Assembly: GCF_964204865.1 (NCBI RefSeq)
Contig: NC_135264.1
Span: 14,260,001 to 14,324,000 of the forward strand
Length of the DNA: 64,000 nt
Reading direction: 5' to 3'
From: Styela clava
Lineage: Eukaryota
The notes beneath the pieces are model-generated. The model saw nothing but the letters and a program-made list of their open reading frames with translations. It had not been told where the DNA came from and made no database searches. The position numbers and the translations under genes were made by a program. Positions 39,152 through 50,018 of the stretch are shown one piece after another; positions within the stretch are counted from its first letter, which is position 1, and each line of letters starts with the position of its first letter.

Positions 39152-40589
39152 CTCTTTCATTATCATCTATTTATTCGGCTAGGTGGCGACATAGAGTCGA
39201 TTACCCTTTTTTTGTATAAAAAAGCATGGTTTAAAGTGTACCACATATTGCCATTTTTATGTACATATTTCGATGTAAATATCACCGCACATTGGCATTT
39301 GCATAATATCTCATCTATTTAGATTGTTTTAGGTATAGGCTAATGATCCACTTTGATGACTCTTATTCCATTGAGATAATAATTTGTGATTGCAGTCTAG
39401 TGCCCTATCTGAGTTAGGATAGAAATTAAGTCATTAGGTTTATACTTAAAACTGTTTTATTGTGTATTTATTTATATCTGTTATCTAATCAATTAGAGTT
39501 TGGAAGCATTGTAGTCCAAACTATTTTAAATCACTGAACCTCACACGAGTGGCCACAATAGGACTTTATGTTGAGTGGAAAATAAAGCAAGTTTGTTTCG
39601 GTACTGTGTCTGGTTTTGTGCATGAGAAATTCAGCGGCTGTCAGGTTCAGTGCGTCCAAACCCGGAAGGCAAGTCCCCCATTAATGACTCATCAGAAGAA
39701 TTCTTGACACCACAAATACTTGCTGATTGAAGTCAGGGTGTGTACATAGATTTGCTTGTCATCCCAATCGCATATGCTTCAACTTACCAGCACCTGGTAC
39801 AAATAACGGTACAGGAACTGTCATAGCTCTTTGATTTCCTGTGGTAATGATCTATTCTTCTCAATTCAATTTCAACGTGAATTGAAGTACCAAGTGATCC
39901 AAGTCACTTCTACATCACGGTACCAAGGCAAAATAAAAAAAATATCGATTCCCCGATAATCATATGCGGTATGGTAACTTACCAGTACCTGATATTCGTT
40001 CGCGGAACGGTTCTTCTTTGTCATAAAAGAAATCAATTTATTTCCTTTTATCAAATAAAACAATGAGGTAGGCTACAAAATTTATGTTGTTCACATTAGC
40101 ACTGTAAAGAACTGAACTGAAAAGATGATAACGTAATTCACTGGTACGGTACCTTACCAGTACCTGTTGCTCAGTGACGTAGCAAGACTCTCTTGGGCCC
40201 TCCCGCCAACAGATTTCGTGGAAATTACCCTAAAAACTTTCGGGCATAAGATAAGACAACGTTTTTTTTTATTTCGTCAAAAAGAATAACATGTCGGTAT
40301 AAAAAGGCAATGGCAACCTAAAATTTGCGCTTTCGCGTTAGTAAACTCATCCACCATCTTCGTCACCTGGCATTGTTACGTAACAAAACGATCTGAGCAG
40401 AACTAACATCAACATTATAAGATGTGCATTACTGCTACGCCACTGCTGTTGCTCTATGTAGGCCTGCTATTCGATCGTAGAACGGTTCTTCTCGGGCATA
40501 TAAAAACTCAATTCAATTTGCTCTTATCAAAATTAACAAATACGGTAGGCTAGATTTTCTAGAAAACTTACGTAGAGCCACATAATTGT

Positions 40590-40769
40590 AATGACGTCAT
40601 AGTGATTAGTGCGTTCTGGAGAAAAATTCTATCTTTTACCACTGAGAATTTCAAAGCAATTCATGCAGTAATCAGAGAGAAAAGCGATTCCTTCATAAAC
40701 GTGTCAAAGAACAACTAGAACAATACTAAGAACAACAAAACGATCGCTATGTCCACTACGTGTCAATAA
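40590..40769 (-). mobile_element. Degenerate HINE-family 5' fragment
   Basis: accactgagaatttcaaagcaatt...aaacgatcgctatgtccactacgtgtcaataa matches 59693-59826. Confidence 0.65.
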
Positions 40770-40811
40770 GTTAATTTCACTGTGGTACGGTAACTTAGCA
40801 GTACCGTACCC

Positions 40812-43417
40812 CAATGAGCATATATACAATGAGTGGAAACTTCCAAATATTTGCTCATTAATCCATTGGAACCTGCATTTTTACGTCGTCCAGCTAAATG
40901 GTTCGTTGCATACGGAGAAAGCATATCGTTCGCTGCAAAAATCCCTTGTTTCAGCTGGGCTGGGTGCGAAATTGGTCGTATTGAGGCTTTTAATTTTTCG
41001 ATTCGTGTTTCGAAGTATGGTACGTTGAAAGCATACTAACTAGGAGCATATGCATATTGGGAATGCATATATATTAGGCAGAAAACGTAGCTACAAAACA
41101 GAATATGAATCAGTCGCCACGTGGGGTGCGGTTATTGCTGTATTTATTCATGGATATAACATGGGACTTACATATTTATCCAGGGGGAGAGAAAAGCCGA
41201 AAGCCTGAATATATATATGGCGAACCACGGCCTCTCCAATTGCTCTGTGCTCCATATGAACCCCCAGACTGCCAGGACTTTGTAAGCTATTCGTTTACTT
41301 CTTTAAAATACTGATTTTAACTATAAATTACTCTGGGATATCTTGCCATTGAAATTTAAAATTTGCCGTTTTCATGTCTTGTGAATTTACACAAAAAAAT
41401 TTTTTTATCATATTATTTAGAGTACATTTTGTTATCAATTATGATTTTTACATATATATTATCTAATTTTAACGATCCTTCATATAGTCATATATATAGA
41501 TACTGTTGATTTGGATGCAATTATATATTTGTAATTAATAGTGAGATATAGAACTTGACGGCGATTTAATTCATGACGGCGTAAGGCGGGTAATAAATTA
41601 AAAACAATGCGTCGTTCACAGCGAAATTCCACAGTTACGTGTAGCTCGCCTCTGACGGTTTTGGTGAATATATACAAAAACACGCTCGCGTGTAGCGCCG
41701 ATCGAATGCATGAAATGTGGAACTTTTACTTGGAATTTATTGCTAATAAAGTTGATATTTCATTGTCATTCAATGATTATTACATGCGTCGTGATTAGTG
41801 GTGGGCAAAATCGTATTTTTTTATATAAAATTATTCGAATATTTTAACTTATATCGGCGAAGATGTTAAAGACAACTATTAAGGAATGCATTCACAACAA
41901 AAATTAATTTTATTCTGATTTTTATCTTCTGTGTAGGATTTGTATGACAGTTACGGTACCAATATTAAGCGAACAATATTATCCTTACTGACCCCGGGAT
42001 GCGATATTTGTGAAGCTGATAGTTGACATTTTTATGTTTTAATTTTATATCGTTTCCGTGTTACTTTTGTATTAAATAATAATTAAAAAAACCCGCAAAT
42101 TGTTGAGTATTCACGTAACTCAGCTTTGGTTTAAAACACTGATACTTAACACGTGAATAAATCAGCAATAATGGCATTTCTAAGTGGTCAAAGTATTATT
42201 TCTCCACAATATCCCGGGAAATTTGCATAGAATACATTATTCACATGCCTTGCTTATCTGATGCAACGTTTCTAAATTTACAAAAACGATGTTGACACGA
42301 TTTACGCAAAATTAGAAATTGAAAAATATGATGGCGCAAAAATGAAACAAAACAAAAAATCCTCACGTTCATCGTTTCTGCCTGTTGGCGATAGCCGTCG
42401 GTAAATTTTACGTAACTCGTTGTAAATTTATGTTAATAAATTCCAATTTGCTTTCAATGCGCCCTGTATTTAGATTAAAATAAAAGAGAATGTCCTTAAA
42501 TTAGCTTATAACCCTTCTTTCATTTTGAACGCCCTAAACGAGGTTACATGCGCGTTACTGAATAACAATCACGCATTCTTATTTATCATTATTAGCGCCA
42601 ACTAAAAGAGATAACATGTCGTAAAGATAAAAAAGTCTGGCGGTGTTAATTGCGCTGCAGTGATAATACACAAAATAATATCACGAAACGAAAATGCGCG
42701 ACCGTAAGATGACGGTGCTGCTTTTTTGTGGAAGAAGTTTCGCATGAAAAAAGTTTCTCAAACGGAATGCGACCCATGTAAATGGGGACGTGGGGCATTG
42801 TATTCATTGATATAGGATGGGGTTAACATATTTACCCAGGTGGAGAGGAAAGCCGATTCCCTGCTATTCTTCGAATTTTTGTCTTCGTTTTTAATGTCAA
42901 GATATCCCAGACTGACAGAGTAATTTAAAATAGGGGAGCCCTGGGGATTCGTATGGAGCACCTTCTAATATAAACTATGATTGTGAGAAGCCTCGGTTCG
43001 CCATACATTTAGGCCTTCTTATCGCCATTGCTTTCCCCTGGATAAATATGTACCTGAATCCCATGCTATAATTAGAAATAACCGCACTTGACTTCATATT
43101 CTGTGCTATAGCTACGTTTTCTGCCTAATAGATATGCATTCCCAATAAGCATATGCTCATAGTTCGTATGCTTTCAACGTACCATTCTTCGAAACCCAAA
43201 ACCGAACACGAATCGAAAAATTAAAAGCCTCAATACGGTCAATTTCGCACCCGGCGCGGCCGAAGCAAAGGATTATTGCAGCGAGCGATATGCTTTCTCC
43301 ATATGCAACGAACCATTTAGATGGACGACGTAAAAAATGCAGGGCCCAATGGATTAATGAGCAAATATTTGAAAATTTCCACTCATTGTATAATATACAA
43401 TGTATATATGCTCATTG
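40812..43417. mobile_element. Foldback element with ~540-bp imperfect inverted arms and a 7-bp TSD (Galileo/P-superfamily-like)
   Basis: Arms ~40812-41350 and ~42893-43417 are reverse complements; ends CAATGAGCATATA...TATATGCTCATTG; CGTACCC on both flanks. Confidence 0.85.
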
Positions 43418-43430
43418 CGTACCCGTAGGC

Positions 43431-44198
43431 AATGTCGAGCAACAATTGGAACACGAATTGTAGCCTAAATAGTGTAGCGAATGTGCATTGTATAACTATG
43501 GATCATAATGCGGCATCACTGTGCGTAATGCGCTGCTCCTAATGCGCTGCTCGCAACGAGACTTTTAGGCTACCGCATTACGCACAGTGAGGCCGCATTA
43601 GGAGCAGCGCATTGGGCACAGTGAAGCCGCATTAGGAGCAGCGCATTGCGCACAATGCGAGATCGCATTAGGAGCAGCGCATTGAACACAGTCAGGATTG
43701 ACAATTCATCCATCCATTTTACCATTGTTTATGGAATCTATAATGACAAGCCAGACTAGACTTTTAGATAGTAGCAACAGTGATTAATTTGCTCTTTGAG
43801 AGCACCATATTATGAGCGCATTGGGCACAGTGAGGCCGCATTAGGAGCAGCGCATTACACACAGTGAGGCCGCATAAGGAGCAGCGCATTGGGCACAATG
43901 CGTGGTCGCATTAGGAGCAGCGCATTGGGCACAGTGAGGTCGCATTAGGAGCAGCGCATTTGGCACAATGCATAGTCGTATTAGGAGCAGCGCATTATGC
44001 ACAGTCAGGATTGACAATTTACCCATCCATTTTACCATTATTTATGGAATCTATAATGTCGAGCAACAATTGGAACACGAATTGTAGCCTAAATAGTGTA
44101 GCGAATGTGCATTGTATAACTATGGATCATAATGCGGCATCACTGTGCGTAATGCGCTGCTCCTAATGCGCTGCTCGCAACGAGACTTTTAGGCTACC
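43431..44198. repeat. 32-34-bp minisatellite (cgcattaggagcagcgcattgggcacagtgaggc) bracketed by identical 144-bp direct repeats
   Basis: ~10 units in two blocks; 43431-43574 is identical to 44055-44198 and contains an inverted unit. Confidence 0.9.
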
Positions 44199-44665
44199 AC
44201 TACTAATGGAAAAGAGAGCGATGAAGGCACTTGACTCTCATCTAGCGGTTCTCATTCGGTGCGCAATCTGCGCATTGGTTGCGAACAGTGAAAGTCAGAC
44301 GTACCGTTCCAAGATGCGAAGGTTTATGTGCCGAACTGCTGATGCATATATATGGGACTTCAATTATACAAAAGTAACACATACTACTTTACTCCTTACA
44401 TTAGCATATTTAATTGTTAGTATGCCTGCATGTGGCAGTGTGGTGAAACTATAGATATAAGAACTCTTAATGCAGGTACCGGTAGGCTAATGGTACCATA
44501 AATTTTCATGCTTGTTCTCTAATACCGGTACGGTACTCAGTAATACCTGAATACAGTAAGAACAAATAAAGAACAGAACGGCCATGTCTCCACATAACAG
44601 TACCGGTATCCAGTGGCCAGGTGGTGGGATTCAAAATTGAAGAGGCGCGGCGGTGTGACTCACCT

Positions 44666-45120
44666 GGTCTCCTGTAGTTCTGTACCTAACGTACCATACT
44701 TCTAGTGGGCGTAGCATAACAATTTTTTGATATGTCAATCCTAACCCCCATCTGAGCACGCCATCCAAAAATTACGTCACTATGACATCACAATTACGTC
44801 ATAGAGCTTGCCGAATATACATACGATTGCCCGGTGCCGACGATAAAGAACTGACTAACGTCATCTATCTATCTCCCATTGGAATCGTTGCGACCACAGA
44901 GATATGTGGTTGCGACGAGAAAACAGGAGAAATAGCTTGTTCGATTTCGGGTGCTTGTCTGCGCGTCTTGGATGGTAGTTCGTACTCGAAGGGCTCTATT
45001 ACGTCACGGTGAGGTCGTAGTAACGTAATTTTTGGATTGTGTAATCGGGCGGGGGTCACATGAAAAAATTGTTATGCCACACCCACTAGAAGTATGTTAG
45101 GTCTGAAACTACATGAGACC
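44666..45120. mobile_element. Foldback MITE-like inverted repeat just upstream of SLC25A46
   Basis: ggtctc.tgtagtt..acctaac..catacttctagtgggcgtagcataacaatttttt...tccaaaaattacgtcact mirrored at ~44990-45120; no clear TSD. Confidence 0.65.
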
Positions 45121-45243
45121 CAATGCAGCAATGAATGTATCACACAGGTCAAGAACGATTGCTCGACTCCTCATCGCCATATGAGTTTGCCCCGTGATGA
45201 AAATGGTATCTTATCCATAATATCAAAATATTGTCCTCACAAG

Positions 45244-45303
45244 TATCTTTTTCTTTATATCTCTGTATCTAGATCTCCATAGACTAAATACCGTAATATT
45301 TAG
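45244..45303 (+). promoter_or_regulatory. Polypyrimidine tract and AG acceptors upstream of SLC25A46 (putative trans-splice or 5'UTR acceptor)
   Basis: tatctttttctttatatctctgtatctag (AG 45271-45272) and atatttag (AG 45302-45303), 9 nt before the ATG. Confidence 0.45.
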
Positions 45304-45312
45304 ATAAATTGC

Positions 45313-46713
45313 ATGGATGGTTTTCCTGGAAAAGGAACTGGAGTTGGCGACCAACTTCATAGTGTTGGTGGTAGTGGACGAGACCCACCAAAAAGTTTTA
45401 CCAAACTGAAACCAAAGCCCGGATCTGGTACAAAAAAGACCAATATCAAGGCACCAAAACCTAAAAGATCAGTTACCTGGTCTCCTGCTAGTTTCCTAAA
45501 GTATGAAGAAAGCCTGGCAAAGCTAGGTGCTGAGCACGCAGCAACGAACATGGCAGCCTATTCGGAAGAATTTAAGGATTCTCCTCAACCTGGACTAAGC
45601 ATGCGAGCTGGCTCATCTGAACCCAGAATTCACCCAGCTGCTTCGGAACATTCTCGCAGGCTTGCAACATTTGGGATAAGTTTGACAAACACTTTGAGTG
45701 ATGTGGTGATTGTTTATCCTTGTTTAGTCTTACGCCGACAATGCCAAGTTAACAATGTTGGCCAACGATATCATTATACTCCTTTTACTATAATGGGAGT
45801 GGCGTTTAATTTACAACGTAGCCAAGGCTTTACTTGTCTTTGGAAAGGCGTCGGAAGTTATTTAATGGTCAATGCTCTCACATTTGGTGTTGAATCAGGT
45901 CTGAGTGAATCAACGAAAAAGTTACCAAAAGAAGTTGACCGGCATTCCACTTTGAAAGACATAGCTGGTCATGTTTTATTGAAAGCATTGTCAGCGGGAT
46001 TAGTAATGCCATTTTATTCAGCTCATCTTGTGGAGAGTATACAAAGTGAAGCAGCAAGTGAAACACCTGGTATATTTTACTTCATAACGGAAGGTTTTTC
46101 ACGATTATTTGGTTTCGCTGGTGTACAAAGTCGAAGAATGCTACCCTTTCGTCATTTACTTCTTCCTACTGTGCTTTATTTTCTTTTGCGATACATTTTA
46201 ACCAACTTGCTGCAATTTAGTATTCTAAGTGGATTTCGTTTGCGAGAAAAGAGAAAGCATGACCAAGCACTTAATTCTGCCCATCCCTTTTCACCCGTCG
46301 ATACAGCGTATATGTCAGTACCTAGTACTTCACGGCAGGCGGTGAACCAAGTCCCACTAACAACAACAATATCCACGTCTCGACATGCAACAACGCAATA
46401 TCATCAATTATTATCTAATTTTATTGCACAAGTTATAACAGACGTATTACTCTATCCTTTTGAAACTATTATTTTCCGACTTCATGTCCAAGGGACTCGT
46501 ACAATTATAGACGATATGGACAGGGGTTCTGGTTTCCTTCCAGTTAGCTCAAGATATGAAGGTTGTCTTGATTGTCTTTCTACTGTGGTTACTTATGAAG
46601 GCAAAGGTGGACTTTACCGAGGATTTGGTGCATTAATGTTACAACATTTACTGAAGTTTTCAATTTTGAAAATTATTCATTTATCGCTGCAATTATCTTC
46701 ACCTACTATATAG
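45313..46713 (+). CDS. SLC25A46: Mitochondrial outer-membrane carrier-family protein SLC25A46 (Ugo1-like), single exon, 466 aa
   Basis: Motifs PCLVLRRQCQVN, YHYTPFT, LWKGVGS, LVESIQSE, YPFETIIFRLHVQGTRTIIDDMDRG, YEGCLDC, GLYRGFGAL typical of SLC25A46. Confidence 0.96.
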   Translation: MDGFPGKGTGVGDQLHSVGGSGRDPPKSFTKLKPKPGSGTKKTNIKAPKPKRSVTWSPASFLKYEESLAKLGAEHAATNMAAYSEEFKDSPQPGLSMRAGSSEPRIHPAASEHSRRLATFGISLTNTLSDVVIVYPCLVLRRQCQVNNVGQRYHYTPFTIMGVAFNLQRSQGFTCLWKGVGSYLMVNALTFGVESGLSESTKKLPKEVDRHSTLKDIAGHVLLKALSAGLVMPFYSAHLVESIQSEAASETPGIFYFITEGFSRLFGFAGVQSRRMLPFRHLLLPTVLYFLLRYILTNLLQFSILSGFRLREKRKHDQALNSAHPFSPVDTAYMSVPSTSRQAVNQVPLTTTISTSRHATTQYHQLLSNFIAQVITDVLLYPFETIIFRLHVQGTRTIIDDMDRGSGFLPVSSRYEGCLDCLSTVVTYEGKGGLYRGFGALMLQHLLKFSILKIIHLSLQLSSPTI

Positions 46714-48090
46714 AAGTCTTTGAATAACAAATTTAATAAATTTATTTTCATTGTAACAACATAAGCAAGATACATTACAGTTCTCCCAAAAACCAATTTC
46801 CGAACAGTCTTGTTCTAGAAATCTATCATGTAATGACTATTTTGAATAGATCTTTATTTTGCACCAAATTCATATGCTTAATTTAGTCTGTTCTGTTTGG
46901 CAAATTCTAACATATACTCAGAATGAGCTAGTCAACTGCCTTGCAATTTGGTATATTATAGTGGTTATTGAGCTATTTCATCACCTTTCCACTCTTTTGT
47001 GATTATACAAAGTCTTTCTACTATGTCTTGCTCAAACAAAGATATCAGATTGTTTACTTATTTATGTTTATTATATGCATGCATTATTGTGCTTTTGCTA
47101 TAATCTAATTTTATTATTGGCTGGCTTCATTCCAACTTGGGAAGCAGTACGTAGTTCTAACAATGATTCTATCACTTTAACAATGGATGTCCATGTTATA
47201 AAACATGAATATCAATATGTTACAGACTTACAGTTAACTACATTCTTGAGGGTAAATTTAAAAGTACAGTTTATGTTAGTTGGTTTATTAGTGAAGTTTA
47301 TATATATATAGTCATTATTGATTTTGAGATCAACTTTATAATCATTTTTTATATGGGCATTAATTCATTTGCAGTAATTATTATTTATATTCTTCAAATA
47401 GGTTTCTGGTCCGACAAGCATTTAAATTTTTTTACCAATCATCTTGCATAGATGAATTAATCCAATGGTTTTAAAAATAAAATTGTAATTGCAGTCTACA
47501 GTCCATGCATTTGGGACGGGCAATGTTGCGACTATGCCTAGATTTTACTTAAAAGATTGATATTGGACTGGATACCCAATTTATTTACATTTATTGTTGT
47601 TTTTTCTGTGAAAAGCGCGTTTTCCAGACCAATCAATTACTTTGAGATGGTCGAGGCTGCCAGAAGCTCGTATTTCATCTTGAGCCCTATACAATCCGTT
47701 ATTTCACTCAAATTTTGTTGTTTTATTTTGATTTGGCCTCTGAGCTTCATGTCCATATAATTGAGCATTGATTTCTTGCTTAGTAAAAATATGAATAGCA
47801 TTTCTGATAAACTAGGATTGTTTGTGAGTAGAAATTCAAACTTTAGGCAAATTCTTCAATATGAGATCATGTTCTGTGTAAATGCCTTGCCTGATTAAAA
47901 GCTATAATTCGTGTATCTACCGTACTTCAATTTATTTAATCATATATTATAATATATCCAGTAATGATTACTAGATGTTGTAAATTTGCGTAGTTCATTT
48001 GAATGTGGAGCAATGTATTACAAGTGTTTCCTTTTTTTGTCAACTTGATTTGCTGAATGAGTTTAATGTTCTTCTCTCTCTAATTCAAAG

Positions 48091-48113
48091 AGTAAATTGT
48101 ATGTTTTCTTCAG
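48091..48113 (+). promoter_or_regulatory. AGTAAA polyA-variant followed by a splice acceptor (tgttttcttcag) 15 nt upstream of the MRPL19 ATG; putative trans-splice site
   Basis: agtaaa at 48091-48096, ttttcttcag ending 48113, ATG at 48129. Confidence 0.55.
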
Positions 48114-48128
48114 ATAAACGATAACAAA

Positions 48129-49025
48129 ATGCTACAAAAATACAGTCTCAATTTAGCGAATCGAATATGCAAGAATTCAAAGATTTCAGCGTTTTCTGTA
48201 ATTTTACGACAGTTTGAATCAACGTTTGTTGCTCCTGAACGACCGACGTTAAAATCTCGTACGGATGCATCAAAACGAGCTTCCGTGGAAGGGAGGGAAG
48301 ACCCAGAAATTTTTTCACCTGAATACGTCCCTCGACAAGTTTTACCAGAATGGCATCGAAATAACTTAAAATACAGGTTGGAAAGAATGGATTGTCTGCG
48401 CAGAAGACAAAATATTGATATACCGGAGTTCTATCCTGGTTCGATTGTCAGAGTTACCGTGGCTGATCAATATGCCCAAGAAAAAGTTTCAAAGTTTGCT
48501 GGAAGGGTGTTATATCGAGATGGTTTTGGAATGGACTGTCATTTTTGTTTGCGTAATATTCTTGACGGGGAAGCGGTTGAGATTATATATCAACTTTACA
48601 GTCCCATAATCCAAAAAATCGAAGTCTTACGATTAGAAAAATGGATTGATACTGACTTACGATATTTACGAGACGCTAGTGACAGTTCCATTTGTACAAT
48701 CGACCTCGATATGATTCCGGAAGCGATTTTACCGCCCTCTGAAAAGTTACCTGTTTTTGAAAAGAAAATTAAAATGAGGCCGTGGAAAAGATGGAATTGG
48801 AAGTACCATAGATCATGGCCGCAGCCGCAAAATGCTTATTTGAATGAACATTTCGTTGAGGAGGAACTCATAATGAATGAAAAATATATCGATCTGCATT
48901 CCTGGCGGAAATTCGATATTTGTCGTCACCATGATTTTATCCAGGAAAAGAAGGATATAATGGAAGAAATGAAAGTAAATAAACTAAGAATAAGAGGGAG
49001 GAGAAAAAGGGGGAATACCCGATAA
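48129..49025 (+). CDS. MRPL19: Mitochondrial ribosomal protein L19 (bL19m), single exon, 298 aa
   Basis: FSPEYVP, RNNLKYRLERMDCLRRRQNIDIPEFYPGSIVRVT, F.LRNI..GE.VEI.Y.LYSP.IQKIEVLRLEK..D..L.YLRDA; basic/hydroxylated N-terminal targeting peptide. Confidence 0.96.
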   Translation: MLQKYSLNLANRICKNSKISAFSVILRQFESTFVAPERPTLKSRTDASKRASVEGREDPEIFSPEYVPRQVLPEWHRNNLKYRLERMDCLRRRQNIDIPEFYPGSIVRVTVADQYAQEKVSKFAGRVLYRDGFGMDCHFCLRNILDGEAVEIIYQLYSPIIQKIEVLRLEKWIDTDLRYLRDASDSSICTIDLDMIPEAILPPSEKLPVFEKKIKMRPWKRWNWKYHRSWPQPQNAYLNEHFVEEELIMNEKYIDLHSWRKFDICRHHDFIQEKKDIMEEMKVNKLRIRGRRKRGNTR

Positions 49026-49367
49026 TAGCCTGGAAAAATCTTCATTTGGCAGTAACTTGAGATATACATGGATACCTATGTTATCGAAGATTGCAACTGT
49101 TGGTATAGAATTCATCTCATAACATTCAGTTAAGATGAGACAGGGATCGCCAATTTACAAATACCTTTTAAAAATACTTTCAAGTTTCGAATATGTTGTA
49201 AAATTTGGGTTCTAAATGAAGTACGGTAAGATGGAGATAAACATTTTGTTTGGATTTTTCTATATTCTGTAGTTAGAATCTTTGTGCACCACCATTAAAT
49301 GTCAAACAATCGATCAATTATCATTTATTCAAAATGTATTATACTTGTTTTGGGCATTGCTCAACCA

Positions 49368-49373
49368 AATAAA
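49368..49373 (+). terminator. Candidate polyadenylation signal of MRPL19
   Basis: AATAAA ~340 nt after the stop codon. Confidence 0.4.
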
Positions 49374-49859
49374 ATGCAAAGTTTGAGCTAGGATCATGTT
49401 TATACAGCAATTTTGGTGAGAATAATAAAAAAAAGGGATTGTTGCTTTATTGCGATAACATCTGAGTTAGTGTTCTTCGAACACGATTCACTTGGTGAGG
49501 TCAAATTTTTTCGCGACCCCAGTCCCCCCAGGGACCTATACATTAAAAAATACTGGCCTTACTTTAAATGAGATCAATGTGCTTGCATATATTCGCACAA
49601 AAGATTGAATCTTGGCTCTGTATTGATGATGGTGTATTGATCGATCGAAATTTGATCGATATTTTGTTCAATCAATATGCATAAACTTTACTCCAATATT
49701 GTTAGAGCTTCGGTCAACTACTGCTTGTTTTTTTCCTAATTCAACTCGGACAAACAACCAGACACGTGGCCATGGTTCTGTTTTTGACTTTCCTTTCCCA
49801 TGAACTTAAACTACTGAGTTTTACACCAGGCTAATTCGAAATGCTTAGACAGAAACCCT

Positions 49860-49971
49860 ATATCTCAGTTGAACCTTGCATACCGATAGATTTTTGATAA
49901 GCTTGCAGTTGCAGCATATCTCAGTTGAACCTTGCATACCGATAGATTTTTGATAAGCTTGCAGTTGCAGC
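49860..49971. repeat. Perfect 56-bp tandem duplication
   Basis: atatctcagttgaaccttgcataccgatagatttttgataagcttgcagttgcagc twice. Confidence 0.9.
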
Positions 49972-50018
49972 TTTTGCCATTTCACAAGTCTGCTGCACTT
50001 AAATATGCTTGTCTAGAC

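Noticed and set aside
43575-44005. CRISPR-like repeat/spacer array
   Set aside because: The spacers are only 12-14 nt and homologous to each other, the context is eukaryotic and there are no cas genes; it is a minisatellite. ORFs 43841-44038 and 43960-44166 are artefacts of it
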